Part shown: positions 14,056 through 26,200 of the stretch, piece after piece
How positions within the stretch are numbered: the first letter of the stretch is position 1
Layout of the letters: each line of letters starts with the position of its first letter
DNA from: Tubulanus polymorphus
Lineage: Eukaryota > Animalia > Nemertea
Direction of reading: 5' to 3'
Assembly: GCF_964204645.1 (NCBI RefSeq)
Contig: NC_134026.1
Location: 3,061,950 to 3,125,949, forward strand
Length of the DNA: 64,000 nt
Notes under the pieces: generated by a model
What the model saw: the letters and a program-made list of their open reading frames with translations, nothing else
Databases searched by the model: none
What the model was told of the DNA's origin: nothing
Program-made: the position numbers and the translations under genes

Positions 14056-14864
14056 TCTAATCAGTCTTTTCATTGATTTTTTCATTTTTTTCAAAATGCC
14101 TAACTTTCGAATAATAACGGAAAGCGATGGATGAAATGTGATGTAACGTATTGTCTCAATGAATTTACTTGATGATATATTTATTATTACCAGGATCAAT
14201 CAGATAATGATTAATAGATATGGAAAGGATTGAAAAATAAATGATCTATATATTATCAATAAACAACTGTTCCTCACTAAAATATCATATTTTCTTAATA
14301 GATGAGTTCTATATTCCCGACTAGTTGAATATGAATGGTCAAATCTTTTTTACTGTTAGATCACAGAACTTTCGCTTAAAGTTCTATAGATAGATGTAGA
14401 GCTCTTTCCTTGCTCAAGGTGGAACTGTTGGAATGAAATGAATAGACATTCTTTTTTTACTTTAGAGTCTTCAGAAAGTAGAACTGATGTGATATGCTTG
14501 TAATAGCGTGAAACCTTCCCACCATGTTCGAATTGATTTATTCAACCACCACTCCATCTGAAAATTGCTACGCGGTAATTTTTGCGAGCTATGTGATTAT
14601 TTTCCGCGGAGGCTTGTTTCCAAATCATCGAAAAACTATTTTGCCACCAGCGTCTATACAAATGGCAGTAAATGGAAAATCGATGTTAAAATAGGAATTC
14701 ACAATCAAACTAAAATTATGTAAGGACGAAACCGAGCGAAATTCTGTTAACTTGCGTTTTTGTTATGTACTTGTACTTAATATACTAAGTGAGTTTCATG
14801 TTTCAAGTCAAACATTTTCAGTATTTGTTACGAGTTATTCAAACCAAGTTTAGGGAAGTGGTGC

Positions 14865-15875
14865 ATGGGAGGTCAAAACGAGCTCGCGGATGTTATGGCT
14901 ACACCTTCAAATTCAACATACGAACACAAATTTCCCGAATGGCTTGCAATCATGGAAAAGATTATGAAACTCGGACTTTTACCGGTAGTATTTGTGATCG
15001 GTGTCCCAGGAAACATCCTAGCATTCGTAATATTGCTCAATCCCCGTTTCCAATACAACAAATCTTCGATTGGAGTCTACACGATTGCTTTGACATTTTT
15101 TGATTTATGTACGACGATATTTTTCGTTCCCGTGCATTTCTTGAGGATGCAATTCAGTCAAGTTGTACTTTCCGTGGAGTTTTGTCGCGTTATGATATGG
15201 TTTAACTATTTTTGCCGTCCTGCCTCTAACATAACATTGTGTTTTATGAGCGTGGACCGGTTGATAGCAGTTAGTTTGCCTTTGAAGGCTCGTATAATAT
15301 GTACGAAGAACCGAGCCGTCTGCTCATTGCTGGTAGTTGTGTTGTTTCAGATCACCCGATGTACCTGGCAAATGATGGCAATCGGGATGCGGATCATTCC
15401 AGGAATAGGAAAAGATTGTTTCATCGGCCAGACGGCTTCCGAGACAAGCTTTCACAATATCCTGAATTTGATGTTTCTCGTCTGGGTGCCATTATGTGTG
15501 ATTTGTCTATGCAATGTCGTAATTGTCTATTTCTTGAGGAAAAATGCCAAACAAAGAAATAGAATTAGTGTAACGGACACTACATCAGCCGTTGAATCGT
15601 CATTGACTCTTATTCTGGTGACGATTTCAATTGTTTGTCTAATCCTGCATTTCCCTTACATCATTTATGTGATATTGTTTCATCTGTTCGATATGTTTGG
15701 CGACCTTTCAACTGTTGGAGCCAGGTATGAAAATGTGGCCGGTTGGGTGTCAGGTAATATAATCACGTTGAATTCGGCTTTGAATTTCTATTTGTATTGC
15801 CTCAGTTCAATCAACTTCAGAAATAACCTCAGGATAGTTGTTTGTACAGTTTGTAAATCACGTAAATCTAAATAA
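14865..15875 (+). CDS. Intronless class A GPCR, copy 2 (tandem paralogue)
   Basis: 336-aa ORF; shares FPEWL..MKLGLLPV.FVIGVPGNILAFVILLNPRFQYN, DRLIAVSLPLKAR and NSALNFYLYCLSS with copy 1. Confidence 0.9.
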   Translation: MGGQNELADVMATPSNSTYEHKFPEWLAIMEKIMKLGLLPVVFVIGVPGNILAFVILLNPRFQYNKSSIGVYTIALTFFDLCTTIFFVPVHFLRMQFSQVVLSVEFCRVMIWFNYFCRPASNITLCFMSVDRLIAVSLPLKARIICTKNRAVCSLLVVVLFQITRCTWQMMAIGMRIIPGIGKDCFIGQTASETSFHNILNLMFLVWVPLCVICLCNVVIVYFLRKNAKQRNRISVTDTTSAVESSLTLILVTISIVCLILHFPYIIYVILFHLFDMFGDLSTVGARYENVAGWVSGNIITLNSALNFYLYCLSSINFRNNLRIVVCTVCKSRKSK

Positions 15876-17943
15876 TCCCTATACTTTGGAATTGTCGGGA
15901 AGGATCAAAATAACTCCTAAATCCTTCAAAAATTGACGAAGACACGTTGATTTTTTCATCTGGAAGACTTTTATTTCATCTAAGCCAAAGACAAAAAATA
16001 ACGCATCTTGAGCAAATTTCACAAAAACCATATGATGGAATGTTCAAGTATGCCAAAAACAAATTCATGAAGACATTTCCTCCTGAAATTAACCGTTCAC
16101 GCTGCTTAAGATTATTACCGGAATAGAGTAGCATTCGGTTGCCAACCATTAATATGTAATGTCATGTTTTTGTATCAAATGCAAGGAAAAGGACTAAGAT
16201 TCAAACAATTATTCTTTTAATTCAAGTGACATGATTCGGACGCGATTCTAAATCCTTTAAAACATGAATGTGATTAAGTCGCGGTTTACACAGCGCGTAT
16301 ATAGAGGCAATAACTAAACATAAATGCAAAATGGATCAAATGAAACAGAACGGAAAAATAAATTTCTGATAAAAATATTTAGATTTGAGAATGCGAAATT
16401 CCGATTGGAAAACACCTTTGGCAGTGAATTTGAAATGCAATTCAAAATGCAGAAAAAAGTTGAAAACCTATCGGGGTAGAACAACTAAACTCTGACACAT
16501 TAACAGACAGGCAGTGTTAGACAAAAATTACATCTTCAGTATCATTCATTCAGACAAATCAGTTAATCAGCCATAACCTTATCAGTAAGGTAAACTCTAG
16601 TTCGGGAATTCTTCCAGAATACTGCGTACTACCATTCAAATACATTCCCTGAATTAAGCAATATTCAGATAACCAGCACCCGCAGTATTTCATATCATAA
16701 CATACATTTCAGATCTAACTTCTATCATACTTCATAATAATACGATAATATAACGATAATACTAAATACGATTTTTGCATAGAACAGTTGGCATTTTTAA
16801 CATATTCAAAAATACATAAAGAGGTATTTTTGATGTAATGCATGTAAAGCTTATGTTATATACAGAGGTATTTTACGTCCAGCGTAGATTTGAGCGAAAT
16901 GCAGGAAACGATAGACAACAAATTCAAAAGCTAATAACAATGAAATGACAGTGTGAATTCTTCGAGGACTTAAACAGCTCATTTTGGTACAATCTGAGAA
17001 ATTCAAGAGTTTTATTGAATTTGATTCATGCAAGACTGCAAAACCAAATGCAGGACCAAAACCATGAATTCACACTTATTTTTAGCCCTTAGAATATACC
17101 AAGTAGTGCCTAGTCCTCAAAATGCAGAGGAAATACTTATAACTGGTACTTATCGCTTTAAGTTTTTAAAACTCTACACACATCATCTGTAACCATGACT
17201 CTCTAGAGCTACGTTACAGTTTTTCATACACGCAGATTACATACTGGTATAAGAATTAAGTAGAAATAATGTTTTAATGCATTCATACCATTACTAATAA
17301 CTAATACTCTTGAATTATATAGTCTATACAAGCATCGATTAATTATCTAGGAACAATAGATTCTGAGAAACTATTTATAATATTTATAGTCAGTCTATGA
17401 ACTTCATGAAATAGAAGGACTTACAACGTTACGACTCAACCCTACATATGAATATGTTTATTAAGGTTACTTACAGAAATTTTCTCACGGAGGCTAATTG
17501 CATTAAAGTACTACCTCAGTACATGTATATATGGGTATAGAATTTACTAATTTGCAATCCAACATAAGGTAATATTTCTAGCCAGGCCAGCTGGACAGAT
17601 TACAAGGAGCGCAACAGGAATAGGATTACTGTCTATGAATAAACAAACTAAAGTAACGCTTAAGCTATCAAATGATATTTGAACTTTTAAAAACAAATCC
17701 CAATTCCCAATAGGATGACATTCACATTTCATCAAGCTGTAGCTACAACATGACTTCCTTATATGCATGAAGTTACTCGAAAACGAAACTAAGGAAGGTG
17801 ATTGCAGCCTGTTTACAATATTGATAGCTTCTCAGATTCTCAATGAAATGGATAAATTTTACACATCACTTACCCAAGTTTTACGCATTTACAATATCAC
17901 ATAGAAGTACAAGCGAACACCTACAAGCATTGAACGGGTGTCG

Positions 17944-20900
17944 CTAACACCTGCGATCGACTATAACAGTACCATCTTTATCTTTAACTCGAAGACGTCC
18001 ACCTGAATATCTGGTTTCTTGACGACCGTCGGGATAAACCGTTTTAACCGTACCGTCCGGGTATTCTCTTCTCTACAAACAAACACCATCAGTCAGCATT
18101 AGACACACAAAATGACATCATAAACCAGTAACCCACCCACATATATATTCCTATTCATACCTATAAGACATACTGTAATCAGTGCGGTGTAAAAATTAGT
18201 GATGGACTTCACTAATATACAGCATCCTGGTGTATCAATTGAATCATTAATTAGTAATTATCTCTATTGAAACATGGCAGCACCTGTCAAACTTTAGGAA
18301 CTAATGATACACTGCACTGCGGTATAGACACATTTAAGCCGTAACTGGGGTGGATTTTTCCAAAATTTTCAATTTATCTCCAGCGCTTTAACGCAAGAAT
18401 TGGTCAGCGCTGATAGGGTTAATTCAAAACTGCTTCATTCAGCTATCGAAAAACTAACCTTGTAACTCTGACAGTGAATTTCTCGTTGACCGTTCGGGAA
18501 TTCCATAGTTTTATCACCGTTTGCTTCGACTCGGATCACCGTACCATCGCCGAATATACTCTCCTCAGCTCCGTTCGGAAACAGATATTTCATCGTATGA
18601 TCCGGGAATGTTATTTCTCTCGTTCCGTCCGGATAGTGCTTCTCTATTTGATTACTATAGAAATAACAGTGAAAGTAGTTTTGTTAAAAATGCTCGTTAT
18701 TCGTGCCGGGTTAACAATCGATAGGATCAGTACTTACTTTGGAAACTGAAGAATTTCCAACTGATCTGGATAAGTAGTGTGAGTTGTCTGTGCGTCTGCG
18801 TAATAATACACCTAAAATAACACACAAACCGTCAACATGATCAGAATTACAATACGATACAGCAATGTCTTCTGCAATCCATCCCCGTAAAGGGCAGCCA
18901 CTTTTTTCGATTTGCTCTTTCCCTGACGCGTTAGTTGTTTTAACTGACTTTTAAGAATCCAATCAATCAACACAGTCAAATATGTAAGACAAAGATGGAA
19001 ACTGTTTGACTATACACCTGATGTAAATCAACAAATTTTTCAAAATTCCCCAATTTTTAGCATTTTAACCAAATTTACTGATTATCTTTAAAGGAAAGAA
19101 AATTCCCTGACTTCTCCCTGATTTGCAGGTAAGTGCGTAGTTTTTACCTACCACTCTTTTATCGGGCATAACTTGTTTGATATCGCCGTTGAAAAACGAA
19201 ACGATAACCGATTGTCCATCAGGAGATATTTCTTTCCGCGTTCCATTCACAAATATGATCTCTCGAGCGCCATTTGAATAAATTCGTTCACGCTGAAAAT
19301 AGTCAAAATAGAAGAGGTGAATTACGCCGTATCTTTAACTGGAACTCTGACGCCGGATTATTTTCTACCTTTCCATCTTTATGTCGAACTTCCTCAAACT
19401 GTAAATCTCCTTTATCAATACAAGCCGTGTCGAGACTGAAATGCGTCTGACATTTACGAGGGATGGTTTTCCTCTCGATGATTTTCAAACTGTCGGGTAA
19501 ATTCAACTGAGTACCACTAAAACCAAGGACACAAAATAAGATTGTTACTCATGAAGACCGGACTTGATCATCGAAGCAGTTTATTTCAGAAGCAAACATT
19601 ATTTCCTCATGATAAAATTTAAATTCGACCTCACGAGGAATCAGAATGAGTCTTAACCTATCCACTATTATATGATGGGAAACTGAGTTCAGGATCTTTC
19701 AAAAGAATCTGAGTAAAATCGATCACTAACCTGCATGAATTCATCAGAGAAATGTTTGTTCTGGGAACTTCCTCGGCTTCGGCGTCATCGCCATCGCTAT
19801 CATCTCTATCTTCCATTTCGACACTTCCGCGTAGAATCTGTTCTCTCGTTGGTGCGGCTGTTTTAACTCGTGTCAGTTGCTTCGTTACAACTACGGAAGG
19901 TGGTTTGCCGTTTATCACAGCCAATGAAGTAGTCATGGTTTGAACTGGTTTTTGCAAGGTGGTTTGAGCTGGTTTTTGTGAGGTGGTGCTGTTAGGTTTC
20001 TGCAATGTTAATCGAATGTTACTATTTGTCGGTTTATGAAGCTTCGACTCATTACTTCCAGTAGAACTTTCAAGTTTCTTCAAAACTGGAATTTCGCTTT
20101 TATCATTCTGAAAACACGGACAATTAAACAACATTAAAAAGTCATTGTAACTGTTCAATACCTAAAGAATAAACCTTTGACAATTTACTGAAACAGACCT
20201 TTATATTTTCCTGTTTTTGCCAGAGTTCCAATCGTTTTTTCTCTAGTATACGAATCTCGTCTCTCAGTTCAACTGTCTCTTGTTCTAACTGTTCGATACG
20301 ATTTCGTTGGCGATTGCTATTCGACGTCCAGCGCGATTCTTTTCTCTTCATTTCTTCCTGCAGGTCAGCCAGCTATATCAACGAAACAAACACGAAAAGC
20401 CATTTTTACCAATCAAATCTTACTTTGTTAATGTTTTTGAGAAGTTGATTATAGACACAAACCTGTAATCGTAATGTCTCGATCTCCTCTCTGTCTCTCT
20501 TGTCTGGAATTGCACGAGATTCCTTCTGATACTTTTCGAAAAGTTTACGCTCTTTCCTGAAAAACGGCAACATCAATATCGTAATTTTTTGAAAACCATA
20601 ATCATTTCCATTCTATTGAAAATGCTTACTTTATCTTCTTCATCTCTTGTTCTTTAAATTCATGTAGATTTTTCAATTCTTCATCCTTTTGTTTTTCAAA
20701 TTCGGCCATTTCTTTCTTCAGTTTCTCCAAACCCTTCAAGTATTAAAAGAAATGTCTAAATGTTTCAGGTCATGCAAATCAAACCAGGACAAAAGATTCT
20801 ATGATCGTACCTCTTCTCTTTCCTTCTTCAGTTTAATGAGGCAAGCATTTTCAGTTTGAAATCGTTCTATTTCATTCTCAAGTTCCATCAATTTATCCCG

Positions 20901-23900
20901 TAATGCCTTGGACATAGCGCCATCAACAGGCGGGTTTGGTTGACGAGCAGCTTCTAATTTCTGCTGTATTTTCTAAAATTCAAAAAGATCCTTATAAACA
21001 TGAACGACCTGACACTGAATAGAGAATGACTATTGATATGAATCATCTGACTTACGTTTTCTTCTGGAGTTGGTTTTGGCTTCGGGGGTTTGAGTTTAGG
21101 GAATAGTTTTGTCATTAATGTAGATGTTGGTGGACTGTCCGGTATTTTATTGTCATTCTCGTTAATCAATAAACCTAAAACACAAATGAACATTGAATAT
21201 AGTCCGAGCTCATGATATCAAAAACTACTTCTAAGATAATAGTATTTTACCTATTTGTTGATTCTCGACAGGAGTGGAGACATCCATCGGACCATTCTTA
21301 AATACAAGACTCTCATCATTGTTAAAATCACCCCATTCATCTTCATCATCAAACTCATCTGCTTCATTCTCATTATTCTCATCATCGCAAACAGCATCTA
21401 CGAATGAGTCCTTTTCATCGCCGTCTTCATCATCAACAGCATCATCCTTTTCACCATTCATGACTTCTTTATCGACAATTTGCAGAACTTGTTGATTGTT
21501 GTTGCCCTGTTTTGTGGCCACTTTACGCTGTAGACACGTGGGTAAGACTCGATGCTCATCTGGTTGAAATACAGGATTCAGGTCGTCAGTTTGAACTGCT
21601 TCATCATCTGAACTTTCATCCGATTCACTTTCTTCAATATCACTGTGAATACCAAAACAAAATGTTCATGCTACTAAGATATATGGGTACATGTTCATTT
21701 TATCAACTTTCACTTGAGAAAGTTTTCTAGCAATGGACTAAGTAGATTAAGATTTCAGAAAACATACCTTTCTCCATGGAGGTCTTTACTCTCTAGATAC
21801 TTCTGGAATGCGGTCATTTCCTTTATAGATTAAAAAAAGTCATACAATTTAATCAAAACAAAAAGCTTTCTATCCAGAAATTGAGCATACGAATGAGCAT
21901 TGAACTTACCTGCTCTTGTTTGTTTTGTTCTGATGCCGATTTTGGCGCGATTACACGTTGAACGAACGAAGCATCACTTTGAAATGAAGGATGGTCAGCG
22001 TACTGTTCCAACAACTCAAATTCTTCCAGTTCATCTATCTCATCCTGGAAGCAAGTCAATTGCAGACGAAAATGACAGCTTGAGTTTTCATAGAACTTAG
22101 CAATGAACGTATAGTGAAAATGAGTTGGTTCCTAATCATTTACACACTCTATGTGAACATGAATGGTATTTATTGGTCTGATATGAATTATGTTGTATTA
22201 CCTTATTTTCAATATTCCAATCAGCCGGCTTTGTTGTAGATTCAGCAGTAGTTATTGTTGGTTTTAAGGCAATCTGTGCTGATTTCACGGTCTATGAAAT
22301 ATAAAACAATCTCATTTCCATCAAAAATATGTAAAAATAGAATAAACACTATAATCTAAACAAAATCACTACATACCTTTTTATCATTTTCTGTAGTTGT
22401 TGGCTTTTTGTCAATAACAATTTGATTTGTTTTCATAGATTGACTATTTTTACGACGTGTCGGGACAGGGCGTTTAAGAATGGGTTGATTGAACCTCGCA
22501 ATACCTTGACCTTTCTTTAGGAAGCGTTTTTGAGTCGGTGTATATTTCGTCTTAGAAGTTTCACTACTCCCAACATTCTTTACCTATGAACAATTTGTCT
22601 TTCATTATAAAATTTGGCATTTTTCATCAAACAGGGCAACAAAATCTAGAATCATGAGATTTTTACCCTTTCTTCTTCAAGTTTTAACTGTTCCTCTAAT
22701 AACTGTTCGAATGTTTTAACTGTTCCTGAAAATAGACATCGATTCCTAAATGACAACTAGAAAAGTTTAGATGATTAGATTTTTTAGCTGACTGTCTATT
22801 ATTCCTATTATTGATTAAAGTTGGCCAAGCAACACAAGCATTGTATTTCAATTACCTGCAACTGGTTTATCATCAAGACCATTTTCTTTTTCCATTGGCA
22901 ACTGAAAAAGACATAACACATGAAAGAACTTAAATCTGAAGATACTACATTACTTTCTCAGATATCATCAGAAACAACAAACCTCTACAGATTCTTGTTC
23001 TTCGTCAATTTTATCAATATCCGATTCATCTTCAATGAACTGGTTAATCTGTTCAGTTGCTAGTTGTGGTTGTGCTAATCCGGTCAGTATTCTAGAACGT
23101 CCATAAGCTTGCATCATTGTTTCCGCATCATTTTCCATATCTTCTAGTTCTCTATGCATCATTACCTGGCAGAATGAATAAATATACACTCTCTGATAGG
23201 GGCTGGTTTTTCTGCTTAATCTGAATATTATATTATATTACATACACCAGATATTCTAAAGCAAAAATGAAAAAGTGATCACCAATGTAAGATTATTTCT
23301 ATTTTTTCCAGTCCATTTAAAAAAGGTCTGTGATAGTAAACTTTTTTTTCTAAAACCTTTTTCTAAAACCTTTCTTCCCTTCGCCCTTCCATCTATTTTC
23401 CCTGAGAAAATCCAAGTAATTTAAACAACAACCTTTTATATATGCAATCATGCAAGCAATGGTAGATTAAATGAAACTTGGCTGAGAGAAAGATGAACAT
23501 AAAACCAGGTCTTTATGGTACAAACACATTCTCAGGGTGGGTATAGGATTACACACCTGTTCACTAGCCTCCGAGGCTGTATCGGGTAGGGGATGAAAAT
23601 CACTGATAACGCTACCACTTTCACCTTCACCGCAAACTTCTTGGCCCAAATAAACGTCCTTTTGATTCTATAAAAATCAATGTATCGCGGTGGTCGGATT
23701 GAAGGATGTAAGCAGGGAACAAGCACCGAATATACCCAAAAAAAGGCCTCGATAGTTTCTATATAATCTTACCGAAGGATAGATATGATGATTTGGCGAC
23801 GTCATATGTCCATAAAGTTTAGTCGGACTTCTATGTCTTTGCGGACTAGTAAAGTGAGATGGTTTCTGTGGGCTGTGATGAGGGCTACCAGTATAACCTA

Positions 23901-25236
23901 TATCAGATTGAAGATATGTTAAAATATATGTTACACTGAAATCAATATTTCAAGTATTTTGAATGAATCGCTGGGTTTATCCATTATTATTTTATCAAAT
24001 GAATCACCTGCTTTATTCCACGATTCCTCTCTTTGTTTCAGGAGTAAATAGTGAGCTCGTTCCTGTTCTAAACGTAACAGCTCCAATTGTTGTTCTTGTT
24101 GTTTCATTAGGCGTTCTTGTTCTTGACGTTGTATTTCGCGCATCATTTTAAAGCGTTCAAGAAGTCGGGCTTGTTCGACTTTCTGCTGCTGGTCGAGCAT
24201 CTCCATCGAAGCTGAAATTGCAAAATTCACAGGATGTTTATATCTTTTGAGGCAAATACTTCGTTGTCCTTTTGAGAAAAACTAATGGAACCAATTTGAC
24301 AAAATCTTCAAAAGTCATATCAAGTTTACAGCTGCAATGAAGGCCAATTATGTTTCAACTGGCTTGCTGTTTTGGAATTTTGAATATATCATTTCAAAAA
24401 TTTAATTTCACTACTCTTCATTTCAATGTTTTTGAAACTGTTATAAAAATATTTCCTTGCGTTTGAAACTAAACAGCTATCTTGAATCTGATCTGGCCAT
24501 AATTGGGCTGCAGACGTGTCAAGGGTAGGAAGACACATGTATAAACCAAATATCAAGAAAATCCATAAAAGAATCTTTAAAACTTCACAAAATAACTCGA
24601 TCCCGTCTACGGACAAACGAACGGTAAAAAAAGAAAATGTAAAAGCCTGCTGGGACTTAAGTGCCAAATGGGTTAAAAAAAAGTCCATGTTCAAATACCA
24701 AAAAATTTGGAAGACTTTGGCGTGCAAGTGCAAAATGAATGATAATTACTTGTTCTTTGAAAATGAGAAGACACAATGTGCTCAGAATCGCCGCACACGG
24801 AAGCAACTTTCCGAGGGCTGGTATACGGTAAGAATTCATGCTTTTTCGACGGACTGGAATTCTTCAAATTCTGCAGCTGATCGAAATTTATAGCTTTGAC
24901 GAAATCTTCACGCGAAATATCAGCGTTCATCATAGGATGTCGACGATGAAAATCGCCGTGATTTTGTAGCAAGTGTTCGGGTGAAAGGTGTAAGATTTTC
25001 AGCGGTGAACGATGCGGACTGGGAGTCGAAGAATGGCTTCCCGAATAACTATTTCGACGTCTATGAGACGGCGGTGCCTCGTTGGTTTGAATGACTCGAC
25101 GTTTTGGTGGAGGCAATGCCGAAACATCGAGCCCGAGAACCACACCGGCTCGCGACATGCACGACGGGTTGTTCATCATATCGAGAAATGTCGCCGGTGA
25201 AGGATCGGTCGTATTCAGTTTTTGTATATCACTCAT
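17944..25236 (-). CDS. CENPJ: Centromere protein J / CPAP / SAS-4, multi-exon
   Basis: N-terminal [11 protein letters not shown]2-3-like [25 protein letters not shown], coiled coils, and C-terminal TCP10/G-box repeats ([44 protein letters not shown]); TAG at 17946-17944. Confidence 0.92.
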
Positions 25237-26200
25237 CTTCTATTTCCCAGGATCTGAAATACAGAGGATATAAATGAAACAAGTAACTTAGGCAGCTCCC
25301 ACTGCCCTGGCAAGTGACTAGTGAGTCAGTGAGGGATTTCTTAATTCAGGTTGAGAAAGTTCTTTTTCTCAATTAACATTGGTATTTAGTCACCTCGAAA
25401 GTGGCGTTCATATAGAATAATTGCAGGATAATCATAAAATTCAATAATGCCCAGAACCTACCTAATCAGATCCGATAGTGAGCGAGAAAGTTTTTAAAAA
25501 TCGTAGTGATTTGTATCGCCACCGATGGTGCTGCCATCTATATCAATAAAACTTAATTGAATTGTTTTAAGGCCTAAGGGAATAAATTTTTGAATTGAAT
25601 TGAAACAATTGACATTGTTTCATTTTTTATGGTTTCATTTGTGTAGTTGAGGGGCAAAATATGTGGTTTTAAATACTTCATCGCTCAGTTTAGACTCCTT
25701 AGACACAATGCTAACATAGTTTCTATCAGAACATCGACTATTTCAGAGGCACAATGAATTGTTTGTAATGTGATTACCAAACCAGACCAGGCAGCAATAA
25801 TAATAATATAATAGAAGTGATTAAGAGAAAGTCTTCGAGAAGAAGGAAGAAAGTCTTTACACAATGTTGTGCTTACTGCCCCTTTCAGTTTCGTGACTCG
25901 TCTGAAGTGATACGTTAACAATGAAACAAGGGATCTAGAATTTTTAGTTGTATATCAAACCGAAGGAAGCAAGGCGGGCGTGTCGTCGGATTTCCTGTTA
26001 TTGCATTTATTTTTACTTACGGATTGGCCTAGAACTGTGAGCGGCGATGTACATGTACCATTTTTAACTTTGATGTACTCGAATACGCAACATTAACGTA
26101 ACAGCTGGGACTGCATTTTTAATGGCATGTGTGTAGGAGTATTGTAAATCTCAATTCATTAAATCTTGGAAATAATTGTTACGCATGCAGCTGGATAACA

